This document shows positions 1-9,644 of a DNA stretch of 41,691 bases, piece after piece. The notes under the pieces were generated by a model. It was not told the DNA's origin, searched no databases, and saw only the letters and a list, made by a program, of their open reading frames with translations. Made by a program: the position numbers and the translations under genes. The stretch is taken from assembly GCA_035291405.1 (NCBI GenBank), contig DATDSD010000065.1, positions 1-41,691 of the forward strand, given 5' to 3'. The DNA is from Patescibacteria group bacterium (GTDB lineage: Bacteria; Patescibacteriota; Microgenomatia; UBA8517). Each line of letters opens with the position of its first letter. Positions within the stretch are counted from its first letter, which is position 1.

Positions 1-401
1 GTTTCTTTCTGGGGGTGTTCAAGTGGATCTCCATAAATTTCCGAGGTTGAAGCAATTAATACTTTTGCTTTGGTTTCTTTTGCAAGATTTAAAATATTAA
101 GTGTTCCTAGAGAATTAACCAAAAGAGTTTCTTCAGGAAGATTCTGATAATCAACAGGTGAAGCCGGTGAGGCAAGGTGAAAAATATAGTCAACCGAAAG
201 ATTTGTAAGTTGTTCACTAGGCTTGATTACATCTAACTCTAAAAATTCAAAACTTGGATCAGAGGTTAAACCCTCTATATTTTTTCTATTTCCAGTAACC
301 AAATTGTCTAAACAGATAACACCATAGCCACCATCAAGAAGGGATTTACACAAGTGAGAACCTATAAACCCCGCCCCACCTGTTACTAACACTTTTTGCA
401 T
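1..401 (-). CDS. NAD-dependent sugar-nucleotide epimerase/dehydratase (extended SDR, UDP-glucuronate decarboxylase-like); 3' end lies outside the window
   Basis: Not in the ORF track because it runs off the left edge. Reverse-strand translation from the ATG at 401 reads MQKVLVTGGAGFIGSHLCKSLLDGGYGVICLDNLVTGNRKNI...DYIFHLASPASPVDYQ...LIASTSEIYGDP. It has the GxxGxxG Rossmann motif and UXS/RmlB-type blocks. Confidence 0.8.
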   Translation of the reverse strand, partial: MQKVLVTGGAGFIGSHLCKSLLDGGYGVICLDNLVTGNRKNIEGLTSDPSFEFLELDVIKPSEQLTNLSVDYIFHLASPASPVDYQNLPEETLLVNSLGTLNILNLAKETKAKVLIASTSEIYGDPLEHPQKE

Positions 402-420
402 ATGTTAGAATTATAACAGC

Positions 421-1926
421 ATGGGGCCTGTAGATAAACTAAAAAAAATAATTGCAAAAATTGATACCCCTCTTTGGTTAGAAATATTATTTGGAATTCT
501 ATTTTTGCTCCGTATTCCATCTTTTTTTGAGCCTTATTACTACGGCGACGAGATGATTTATTTAACTTTAGGAGAAGGAATCAGACAAGGGATACCCCTT
601 TATTCAGGACTACATGACAATAAACCCCCACTTCTTTACTTAGCGGCCGCAATTTCGGGAAATCTGTTCTGGTTTAAAGCCCTTTTAGCGCTTTGGAGTT
701 TGGTTACCGTTTACGGATTCTGGAAACTGGTTAATGTACTTTTTCCCAAAAAGGAATCTTTGCATAAAGTATCAACTATTTTGTTTGGACTATTAACTAC
801 ATTACCTTTGCTGGAAGGTAATACTGTTAATGCTGAATTATTTATGATCGGCCCTATAATCTTTGCTTTTTGGATACTTCTCTCAAAAGCGAACAACTTT
901 AAAAACTTACTGATTTCCGGTGCACTTTTTTCGGTTGCCGCCCTTTTTAAGATTCCTGCAGCTTTTGATATCTTGGGAATTGTCGTCTTTTGGTTAATAT
1001 TTATTAAAAGAGGCGAAAAGGTTCACTTTAGTGATATTAAAGAATTTATTGTCAAATGTTTTTACCTTTTCTTAGGGTTTATTATTCCTATCGGCCTTAC
1101 ATTTATCTGGTATTATTTTGCGGGTAGTTTTAAAGAATATTTGATTGCTGCATATCTACAGAATTTTGGCTATGTCTCAAGTTGGCAAAGAAGTGGGGTT
1201 CAGGCTTCATTTTTGGTTAAAAATGGACCTTTATTGATAAGGGCTGGTATCATGTTTTTGGGATTCGGAATCTTGTGGTTTTTCAAAAAGAAACTTTCCA
1301 AAAACTTTATCTTGGTATCTACCTGGCTACTTGCAACTTTATTTGCTGTTACACTTTCAGAAAGACCCTACCCACATTATCTTGTTCAGTCAATTGCCCC
1401 TATTTCAATACTCTTAGGCATACTTATTTCAAACAAAACCATTGAGCAGAGTTTGACTGTTATTCCTTTAACACTGACTTTTTTTGTACCTTTTTACTAT
1501 AAATTCTGGTATTATCCGACATCAACTTATTATCAGAGATTTATTAACTTTGCCTTAGGAAAAGTTGATAGACAAGAATATTTTAACAGTTTCTCGCCAA
1601 ACCTTAATACAAATTATGAAATTGCAAACTTTTTAGCTAAATCTGCTCAAAAAGATGATCGGGTTTTTGTTTGGGGCAATGATTCTTCTGCAATTTATTC
1701 ACTTTCCAAAAGGCTACCTCCTACTAAATATGTGGCTGATTACCACATTAAAGACTTCTCTTCGTATGAAGAAACAATCAAGATGCTTAACCAAGAAAAC
1801 CCCAAGTTTATTGTGGTAACTCTAAATTCTTTTTCCTTTCCTAAGCTTAGTGAATTCTTAAGTCAAAAGTATTATATAATATCCGAGATTGATTCTTCCC
1901 AAATATGGCTATATATCAAAAAATAA
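421..1926 (+). CDS. Polytopic membrane glycosyltransferase, GT-C fold (ArnT/PMT-like, GT39/GT83-like)
   Basis: 501-aa ORF with about 10-12 hydrophobic helices. The first loop (YYYGDEMIYL with a DE pair, and DNKPPLLY) resembles GT-C lipid-sugar-dependent transferases. It sits in a glycan-lipid gene cluster. Confidence 0.6.
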   Translation: MGPVDKLKKIIAKIDTPLWLEILFGILFLLRIPSFFEPYYYGDEMIYLTLGEGIRQGIPLYSGLHDNKPPLLYLAAAISGNLFWFKALLALWSLVTVYGFWKLVNVLFPKKESLHKVSTILFGLLTTLPLLEGNTVNAELFMIGPIIFAFWILLSKANNFKNLLISGALFSVAALFKIPAAFDILGIVVFWLIFIKRGEKVHFSDIKEFIVKCFYLFLGFIIPIGLTFIWYYFAGSFKEYLIAAYLQNFGYVSSWQRSGVQASFLVKNGPLLIRAGIMFLGFGILWFFKKKLSKNFILVSTWLLATLFAVTLSERPYPHYLVQSIAPISILLGILISNKTIEQSLTVIPLTLTFFVPFYYKFWYYPTSTYYQRFINFALGKVDRQEYFNSFSPNLNTNYEIANFLAKSAQKDDRVFVWGNDSSAIYSLSKRLPPTKYVADYHIKDFSSYEETIKMLNQENPKFIVVTLNSFSFPKLSEFLSQKYYIISEIDSSQIWLYIKK

Positions 1927-2270
1927 TTATTGACCCCAGATTTGAAAAGTTGCCTCTCAAGAAACTTATAGTTGCCTCTTTTGTTCTTAACCTGGTAATA
2001 ATTATTATTGGGTTATTGGCTCGATTTATACTTCCGCCGGAAATTCCTTTACTTTTCGGTCTACCTCAAACAACGGAGCAACTTACTCCCTCAATCTATA
2101 TTATTCTTCCATCAATAATAGCTTTAATTATCTCTTTTTTGAATTCATTAATTGCAATAAACTTGGATGGACAATATATTAAAAAAACCCTAGCTTTTTC
2201 AACTGTCCTAATAACCATCCTATCGATAATTGCAACGTTTAAAATAATTTTTTTGGTAGGCTCAATCTGA
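1905..2270 (+). CDS. Small integral membrane protein, unknown function
   Basis: 121-aa ORF with 3-4 hydrophobic segments. It overlaps the upstream gene by 22 nt, suggesting operon packing. No family recognised. Confidence 0.5.
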   Translation: MAIYQKIIIDPRFEKLPLKKLIVASFVLNLVIIIIGLLARFILPPEIPLLFGLPQTTEQLTPSIYIILPSIIALIISFLNSLIAINLDGQYIKKTLAFSTVLITILSIIATFKIIFLVGSI

Positions 2271-2291
2271 AATTAGAATCGGAAAAAAATA

Positions 2292-3317
2292 ATGGAGAAA
2301 ATAATTAACCTTGTAGCCTATCCCCTTCTTCTATCTGCTATCGTTTCATATTTTATAACCCCCGTTGTTATCAAATATGCCAAAAGACTAAAAATTATTG
2401 ACGACCCAAGAAAAAACACTCATCCTAAGGTAATTCACACAGAACCTATTGCAAGAGGTGGAGGAATCCCTATATTTTTTTCAATCCTAATAGCTTCACT
2501 TTTTTTCATCCCTGTGGATAAACACATAGTTGCGATTCTTTTGGGGGCATTTGTAATTTTTCTAATGGGATTTTTCGACGATAGATATAATCTAAATCCC
2601 TACTTAAGATTATTATTAGGAGGGATCGGAGCCTTAATTCCAATACTTTCTGGAATCGGTATTAATTTTCTGACCAACCCTTTTGGAGGAATTATTGATC
2701 TTTCAAATCCTCTAGTTTCAGATTGTTTTGCTCTAATCTGGATCTTGTTCATGATGAACATGCTTAATATGGGAGCTAAAGGCATTGATGGACAGTTATC
2801 AGGAGTTACTATTATATCTGCGATAACAATCACGGCCCTTTCCTTTACTTACTCTGCAGACATTACTCAATGGCCAGTAATTATCTTAACTTCAATTACC
2901 GCCGGAGCCTTCTTTGGTTTTTTCCCATGGCATAAATTCCCCCAAAAGATTATGCCTGGTTATGGAGGAGCAACACTCGCAGGATATATGCTTGCTGTCG
3001 CCTCAATTCTTTCTACAACAAAGGTGGGGACATTAATTGTGGTACTTGGAATTCCCCTGATTGATACTGGTTACACAATTTTAAGAAGGGTTATTACTGG
3101 AAAATCTCCTGTTTGGGGAGATCGTGGACACCTACACCACAGGCTTCTTGATTTAGGCCTGACTAAAAGGCAAGTTTCCCAAGTTTATTGGTCAACAACC
3201 GCAATCTTGGGGATACTGGCCTTAAATTTGAATAGCGCATATAAGTTATATACAATCATAGGTGTTGCTTTTGTCTTGGGAGGAATAATACTATGGTTAA
3301 CCTATCGCTCCAAATAA
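2292..3317 (+). CDS. Polyprenyl-phosphate N-acetylhexosamine-1-phosphate transferase, GT4 family (MraY/WecA/TagO type)
   Basis: 341-aa multi-TM protein. The blocks FFDDRYNL, NMLNMGAKGIDGQLSG and FPQKIMPGYGGATLAGY are typical of the MraY/WecA family. Confidence 0.85.
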   Translation: MEKIINLVAYPLLLSAIVSYFITPVVIKYAKRLKIIDDPRKNTHPKVIHTEPIARGGGIPIFFSILIASLFFIPVDKHIVAILLGAFVIFLMGFFDDRYNLNPYLRLLLGGIGALIPILSGIGINFLTNPFGGIIDLSNPLVSDCFALIWILFMMNMLNMGAKGIDGQLSGVTIISAITITALSFTYSADITQWPVIILTSITAGAFFGFFPWHKFPQKIMPGYGGATLAGYMLAVASILSTTKVGTLIVVLGIPLIDTGYTILRRVITGKSPVWGDRGHLHHRLLDLGLTKRQVSQVYWSTTAILGILALNLNSAYKLYTIIGVAFVLGGIILWLTYRSK

Positions 3318-4231
3318 TTCGCGTTGCAAGACCAATTCATTGGATTAAAAATTTTGCACTCTTTGGGGCATTACTTTTAACAGGTACTTTATTTGAAAAA
3401 GGTCTTTTTAAGGATGTACTTCTAGCCTTTATTTCCTTCTCTTTTGCCACCTCAGCAACATATATCTTCAATGACATCATGGATCTTAAGGCCGACAGAC
3501 TTCACCCTGTAAAAAAAGATAGGCCTATTGCTTCAGGTAAACTACCTATCTTTTTGGCGGTTTTGGAATTGTCAGTTTTTGTTTTTTTGGCATTAATAGT
3601 AGCTTCATCATTAAACAATTTACTTTTCACCTTAATCCTATTCTATTTAGGCATTCAAATGTTTTATAGTTTGGGTCTTAAGAATATTCATGTTGTTGAT
3701 ATTTTAATTATCGCTACAGGATTCATTTTGCGTGTTTACGCAGGAGCCTTTGTCATCAATGCCCATCTATCGGTTTGGTTTTTACTCTGTGTTATTTCTG
3801 CCTCTCTTTTCTTAGCTGCAGGCAAAAGAAGGGCAGAAATTAATCTTTTGGAAGCAGTTGATGGAGGAACAAGGAAGAGTCTTACTAAATACTCCAAAGA
3901 GCTTCTGAATAGCTATGTAACCATGTTTGGTAGTGCAACTTGGATGAGTTGGAGTTTATATACTTTTTTTGAAAGTCCAAAAGCTGCACTTCCCTTTTGG
4001 CTAGTACTTGCGGAGCTGTCTCGAGCAACAACAATAGACAAATTAATGATGTTAACCATACCGGTTGTTATTTTTGGAATCATGAGATATGAAGCTTTAA
4101 TTTTTGAAGGCAAATCAGAAGCTCCCGAAAAACTTCTTCTAACTGATAGGGCTCTTCTAATTGCGGTTGGTCTTTGGATCACCCTTGTCTATTGGATTCT
4201 TTATTCTGGGATCTCAGTTACAGGAATATAA
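3293..4231 (+). CDS. UbiA-superfamily prenyl-phosphate phosphoribosyltransferase (decaprenyl-phosphate 5-phosphoribosyltransferase-like)
   Basis: 312 aa. The RPIHWIKNFALFGALL N-terminus and NDIMDLKADRLHPVKKDRPIASGKL (NDxxDxxxD followed by RPIAxG) match the Rv3806c-type branch of the UbiA family. It has about 8 TM helices. Confidence 0.7.
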   Translation: MVNLSLQIIRVARPIHWIKNFALFGALLLTGTLFEKGLFKDVLLAFISFSFATSATYIFNDIMDLKADRLHPVKKDRPIASGKLPIFLAVLELSVFVFLALIVASSLNNLLFTLILFYLGIQMFYSLGLKNIHVVDILIIATGFILRVYAGAFVINAHLSVWFLLCVISASLFLAAGKRRAEINLLEAVDGGTRKSLTKYSKELLNSYVTMFGSATWMSWSLYTFFESPKAALPFWLVLAELSRATTIDKLMMLTIPVVIFGIMRYEALIFEGKSEAPEKLLLTDRALLIAVGLWITLVYWILYSGISVTGI

Positions 4232-5052
4232 AGTTTCGTTACAAATTCTGAAGACACCCAACCTTCGACTTCAGCAACCTTAATTTTATACCAACTACCA
4301 TTTTCTCCTTCTTCTATAACATCATATTCTTCATCAGGCTTGACTTGAGCAACCTCAGGAAAACCTACACTTGCACCACTTCTAACTCTTAAAAAACCAG
4401 CATCAGTTTTGTTTATTTTAATTCTCTTCCCAATTTTCGTTGCCGACAGCACTGGAGAAGGGGTTGCCTCTGTTTCACTATTTTTTGCCAGCTTTACAAA
4501 CGCTGTCAATTTATAACCCTTGTAAACTCTTATCGGAAGCTGTTTCTTTAAGTATTTATCGGCAACAACCAGTAAATCATGATCTCCACCAAGAACAGCT
4601 ATTCTTAATGGTGTATAACCGTAAACTTTATCGTCAATTAATACCTGAGCGTTGTCGGGCACCGAAACAACGGTAACAAAAGAATCTCCAATTCCAACTT
4701 TCTCAAATGAAACTATTACTCCGCTTGAGTTTTCCTCATTTTCTCTAAAGGTTTTCATTATTATTGTTTTGATGCCTGAAACTAAATTTACTTTTGTTTC
4801 ATAATCGTCAAAAATTTGTCCATTGTTGCTATCCGGTTTAATTTTTACCATTACTTCTTTTGGCGAAACCTCTGCTTCATATGGCGTTTTGCCTACTTCT
4901 TGATTATCTATTAAAACCGTAGCTACAGGATCAGATTCAATTAAAATTCCAGCTTTTTGAGGCTCAAAAAAATTTAAAAAGTATAAAATAGAAAGACCTA
5001 TAAAAGAAATTCCTATTACTGACAGTGTAGTAGCTATTAGTTTTTTCTTCAT
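4201..5052 (-). CDS. Membrane-anchored PEGA-domain / SH3b-domain protein
   Basis: The ORF track gives 4201..5118. I prefer the internal ATG at 5052 (MKKKLIATTLSVIGISFIGL, a signal/anchor sequence). There are two PEGA-like repeats (VLIDNQEVGKTPYEAEV and VLIDDKVYGYTPLRI). The C-terminus is SH3b-like (FLRVRSGASVGFPEVAQVKPDEEYDVIEEGENGSWYKIKV..GWVSSEFV). Confidence 0.7.
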   Translation of the reverse strand: MKKKLIATTLSVIGISFIGLSILYFLNFFEPQKAGILIESDPVATVLIDNQEVGKTPYEAEVSPKEVMVKIKPDSNNGQIFDDYETKVNLVSGIKTIIMKTFRENEENSSGVIVSFEKVGIGDSFVTVVSVPDNAQVLIDDKVYGYTPLRIAVLGGDHDLLVVADKYLKKQLPIRVYKGYKLTAFVKLAKNSETEATPSPVLSATKIGKRIKINKTDAGFLRVRSGASVGFPEVAQVKPDEEYDVIEEGENGSWYKIKVAEVEGWVSSEFVTKLYIPVTEIPE

Positions 5053-5174
5053 TTGATTTACGTCAAGTGTATCAGAAAATAAAAACTCTTGACAAATTAA
5101 ATAATTTATTAGGGACAAACAAATCGGATCTTGTGATACAATATAGGCTCGTTCACCTTAAATTGATTGAGCCT

Positions 5175-5245
5175 GATCCGGTGTGAGAGTGGATATCAGA
5201 CGGTCTGCAAAACCGTTTACATGGGTTCGAATCCCATCCGGATCT
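5175..5245 (+). tRNA. tRNA-Cys (anticodon GCA)
   Basis: Hand-folded cloverleaf. The acceptor stem pairs GATCCGG with CCGGATC, with discriminator T. The anticodon stem pairs ACGGT with ACCGT around loop CTGCAAA. The T arm is ATGGG-TTCGAAT-CCCAT. Length is 71 nt and the 3' CCA is not encoded. Confidence 0.9.
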
Positions 5246-5347
5246 CAAACCACCAAAATTTGACTTTTGACCATTCCACATGTTAGAATAGCCACATCTC
5301 GCAAGATATTTGCGGGATTTTTTTTGACCCAGATTTTCTGGGAACAT

Positions 5348-6028
5348 ATGAAAAAATTTGTCCTACATTTGCCCAAATACCGCCTAGCTGTCCAATTTAG
5401 GTTTATAAAAAGGCGTAAATCTCCTATGGACGAACCCTTAATTCCAACTGTTAAAACCTTGAACCTAAAATATAGAGTCGGAGGCATAACGAGGAAGTTT
5501 TTTAGGCACCTTTTTGAACACAAAAAAGTTCGTGCCCTTTTAGGCACAAACCTAGCTATTATGCTTGCTGTAAGCTCATTTATGCCTAACTACACACTGG
5601 GTAATAATTCAGAAGTAGATTCAATTGCGATGGTTGATGGAACCGAGACACCTATAAAAACTGAGATTTCAATACAATATCCTGTTTCTAAATTGAAGAT
5701 AAATCAAGGTTTTAAATTTTATCATCCTGGTATAGACTTGGATGGTGAAACAGGAGATACAATCAAACCTATTAAAAAAGGCAAGATCACTAGTGTTGAT
5801 TATTCAAAATTTGCATACGGTAATTCAGTAATTGTTGATCATGGTGCAAACATAACTTCTCTCTATGCTCATTTGTCAAAAATTGATGTAAAAGAGGGCC
5901 AAGAAGTAACCACAGATACAAAACTTGGTGAAATGGGCTCGACAGGACGTTCAACTGGTTCTCATTTACATTTAGAAGTCAGAGACCATGGAATTCCAAT
6001 TAATCCTTTATCAGTCCTTCCGAAATAA
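5348..6028 (+). CDS. M23 family (LytM-type) peptidoglycan metalloendopeptidase
   Basis: Motifs HPGIDLDGETGD, GNSVIVDHG, SLYAHLS and GSTGRSTGSHLHLEV (HxxxD and HxH zinc ligands). The ORF track starts at 5267, but the ATG at 5348 (MKKFVLHL) is more plausible because it clears the tRNA region. Confidence 0.85.
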   Translation: MKKFVLHLPKYRLAVQFRFIKRRKSPMDEPLIPTVKTLNLKYRVGGITRKFFRHLFEHKKVRALLGTNLAIMLAVSSFMPNYTLGNNSEVDSIAMVDGTETPIKTEISIQYPVSKLKINQGFKFYHPGIDLDGETGDTIKPIKKGKITSVDYSKFAYGNSVIVDHGANITSLYAHLSKIDVKEGQEVTTDTKLGEMGSTGRSTGSHLHLEVRDHGIPINPLSVLPK

Positions 6029-6449
6029 GTTTATCTTTTGCTAGCTTTAGCACATACCTCGAATCTGCAAAGGGTAACAATTTTTCTGCATTGTTTATGT
6101 CTACCCAAACATGATCAGCTTTATTTTCATTATTTATCACGTCCCCATCGTATTCTGTAATTAAATAAGCTGCCGTGTAATATAGATGGTTTGAAATAGT
6201 CATATGAAGGAAAGTGTCTAAATTAATCATTCCCTTTGGTCTTATTCCGCATTCTTCCAGTAATTCTCTCTTTACCGCCGTATTAAAACTCTCATCATCT
6301 TCAACTTTTCCACCCGGAACAATTTTATATCCAAAATATGCTTTCTCTGGATGTTTTCTGTCTTCGATTAAGATCTTGCCATCTTTAAATATCAAAAATA
6401 TAACACCCAACTTTTCAGGTTTTCTTATTTCACCAATTTTTGAACTCAT
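6000..6449 (-). CDS. NUDIX hydrolase
   Basis: Nudix box GGKVEDDESFNTAVKRELLEECGI (Gx5Ex7REUxEExGU). 149 aa. Confidence 0.85.
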   Translation of the reverse strand: MSSKIGEIRKPEKLGVIFLIFKDGKILIEDRKHPEKAYFGYKIVPGGKVEDDESFNTAVKRELLEECGIRPKGMINLDTFLHMTISNHLYYTAAYLITEYDGDVINNENKADHVWVDINNAEKLLPFADSRYVLKLAKDKLISEGLIKD

Positions 6450-6470
6450 CGCTCAATAATTACATATAAG

Positions 6471-7049
6471 TTACCTATTTTCAAGTGAACGCCACAGGTA
6501 CCATGAAGCAATAGTTCTATATGGTTTCCAGCGGTTTGAGTTTTTGATTTTTAAATTCTTCATTGCTTTTTGAATACCCAAGTCATCTTTTGGAAAAATA
6601 TCAGGTCTTGCCAGAGAGAACATCAAAAACATCTCGGCAGTCCATCTACCTATTCCTTTAACAGCTACTAATTTATTTATAACCTCCTCATCCGAAAGTT
6701 TATTTAAAATTAAAATATTTAACTCCCCATTAGTTACTTTTGTTGCCAAGTCTCTGATATAACTTACTTTTTGCCAAGACAAACCACAATCTCTTAACTT
6801 TTGATCGTTTGTGCCTATAATATTCTCGGGAGTAATTTTCATCAATAGGTTTTTAACTCTAGTAAAAATTGTTTTTGCGGCCTTACCTGAAAGCTGTTGT
6901 GAACAAATTGCATCTACCAAATCTTCAAAATAATTTTGTTTTTTAATAGGTTTAATCGTGCAGTGTCCCCATTTTTTGATTAGTGGACCAATATATTTGT
7001 CCTTACTTAGTAATCTTTCAGCTTCTATCCAATTATTTTTCTTTTTCAT
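6471..7049 (-). CDS. HhH-GPD DNA glycosylase (DNA-3-methyladenine glycosylase II / AlkA-like)
   Basis: Helix-hairpin-helix plus catalytic Asp block LVAVKGIGRWTAEMFLMFSLARPDIFPKDDLGIQKA. 192 aa. Confidence 0.8.
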   Translation of the reverse strand: MKKKNNWIEAERLLSKDKYIGPLIKKWGHCTIKPIKKQNYFEDLVDAICSQQLSGKAAKTIFTRVKNLLMKITPENIIGTNDQKLRDCGLSWQKVSYIRDLATKVTNGELNILILNKLSDEEVINKLVAVKGIGRWTAEMFLMFSLARPDIFPKDDLGIQKAMKNLKIKNSNRWKPYRTIASWYLWRSLENR

Positions 7050-7389
7050 TTAGTAATTTTTTTCCTAATGGAGATTTTGTTGAAACAATTGTAAAACCCG
7101 AAATAAGTACAGGATTATCAACTAAAAATATTTCTTGACCCTCATAATTCACGCAGATAGTTTCTCCTTTTTCTTCTATCTCTTTTTTCAAATTCAAAAT
7201 TGATTCATATCTCTCCCTTGCTAAATCAGCTGCTCCCTGTGAATGATATCTGTCTCCTGCCTGAGAAGGTGAAAGTGCAGCAGATCGTGCAATTTCTTGG
7301 GCTGATTTTTTGGCATTTTTGTAACCTTTCTCAGCTTTTATAAATTCAATTTCAATAGCTTCTTGTAGTTGTTTTAATTTTAAACCCAT
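7033..7389 (-). CDS. Small Gre/Rnk-like protein (GreA C-terminal-domain-like)
   Basis: 118 aa. An N-terminal helical hairpin is followed by VSTKSPLGKKLL, which resembles the Gre-factor C-domain motif (S-P-hydrophobic-G/A-x-x-L-hydrophobic-G-K). Overlaps the alkA-like gene by 17 nt. Confidence 0.45.
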   Translation of the reverse strand: MGLKLKQLQEAIEIEFIKAEKGYKNAKKSAQEIARSAALSPSQAGDRYHSQGAADLARERYESILNLKKEIEEKGETICVNYEGQEIFLVDNPVLISGFTIVSTKSPLGKKLLNEKEK

Positions 7390-7429
7390 GAAGAAATAAT
7401 ATATTTAAAATTACAAATTGTAAATTAAT

Positions 7430-9058
<1,629 letters not shown>

Positions 9059-9271
9059 TTAATATTCAACTTCCTCAATGGTTCGTTGATCCCCATTGAT
9101 TGCCGCGACAGCCTTTCTATATCCCTCACCATTTGCCACTCCGGCAGTTACACGATCTAATGTTTTTAACTCTTGACCGGCAAGATGAGCTCTCATAGAT
9201 TCCGCCGATGCACGACTGACAAATTCAATGGCTTCTTTAGGATCTTTTAATAAATTCTGAAATAATTCCAT
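9059..9271 (-). CDS. Hypothetical 70-aa protein encoded between groES and groEL
   Basis: The ORF fills the whole groES-groEL spacer. Its ATG lies 1 nt after the groES stop, and its stop lies 3 nt before the groEL ATG. The sequence is helical-looking and not low-complexity. No family recognised. Confidence 0.55.
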   Translation of the reverse strand: MELFQNLLKDPKEAIEFVSRASAESMRAHLAGQELKTLDRVTAGVANGEGYRKAVAAINGDQRTIEEVEY

Positions 9272-9272
9272 A

Positions 9273-9581
9273 TTACTCTTCTGTTGCTAAAATATCTTCA
9301 AACTTAACAAATAAATACTCTTTGCCCTCAATTTTAACTTCATTTCCACCCCATTTTTTATATAGAACAACATCTCCAACTTTTGCTGGAGAATCTACCA
9401 TGCAACAACTTTCTGATTTACAATCTGCACAAGTTGAAGGTCCCACTGCAACTACTTTTCCTTTTTGAGGTTTCTCACCAGCGTTTTCGGGTAAATAAAT
9501 TCCAGAAGATGTTTTTACCTCTTTTTCTAAAGGTTCAATTAATAGATATCCCGCTGTTGGTTTCAAATTAAGTTTAGCCAT
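9273..9581 (-). CDS. groES: Co-chaperonin GroES (Cpn10) with a Cys-rich roof loop
   Basis: 102 aa. The pattern LKPTAGYLLIEPLE..KTSSGIYLP....KPQKGKVVAVGP...VGDVVLYKKWGG.EVKIEGKEYLFVKFEDILA is typical of Cpn10. It lies directly upstream of groEL. Confidence 0.95.
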   Translation of the reverse strand: MAKLNLKPTAGYLLIEPLEKEVKTSSGIYLPENAGEKPQKGKVVAVGPSTCADCKSESCCMVDSPAKVGDVVLYKKWGGNEVKIEGKEYLFVKFEDILATEE

Positions 9582-9590
9582 ATTTTTAAA

Positions 9591-9617
9591 TTAGCATTTA
9601 AGAGTTACGAGTGCTAT
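9591..9617 (-). promoter_or_regulatory. CIRCE-like inverted repeat (HrcA operator) upstream of groES
   Basis: TTAGCATTT-N9-GAGTGCTAT compared with the consensus TTAGCACTC-N9-GAGTGCTAA. That is 3 mismatches in 18 positions with exactly 9-nt spacing. It lies 10-36 nt upstream of the groES ATG and overlaps the predicted -10. Confidence 0.7.
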
Positions 9618-9644
9618 TTTATGTTGCTAAAAAATTCTTGTCAA
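9616..9644 (-). promoter_or_regulatory. Sigma-70-type promoter of the groES operon
   Basis: The minus strand reads TTGACA (9644..9639), then 17 nt, then TAAAAT (9621..9616). The -35 box overlaps the stop codon of the upstream gene. Confidence 0.55.

Noticed and set aside
711-896. Short antisense ORFs inside the glycan-cluster and other genes (711..896, 2600..2833, 3913..4182, 4440..4676, 6214..6459, 10107..10304, 10934..11191, 11584..11790, 12077..12307, 15379..15627, 19327..19566, 25051..25607, 26324..26512, 28035..28274, 29933..30118, 30304..30585, 36805..37026, 38459..38662)
   Set aside because: Each is fully embedded in, or antisense to, a longer ORF with recognisable motifs or strong coding character. 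None has independent support.
5153-5547. Minus-strand ORFs 5153..5347 and 5245..5547
   Set aside because: They overlap the well-folded tRNA-Cys and the 5' part of the M23 peptidase gene. They have no recognisable features.
7411-7423. 13-bp palindrome TTACAAATTGTAA between groEL and the Gre-like gene
   Set aside because: It is too short and AT-rich to distinguish from chance in this genome. It cannot form a stable hairpin because the loop would be 1 nt, so it is not a terminator. It might be an operator but nothing supports that.
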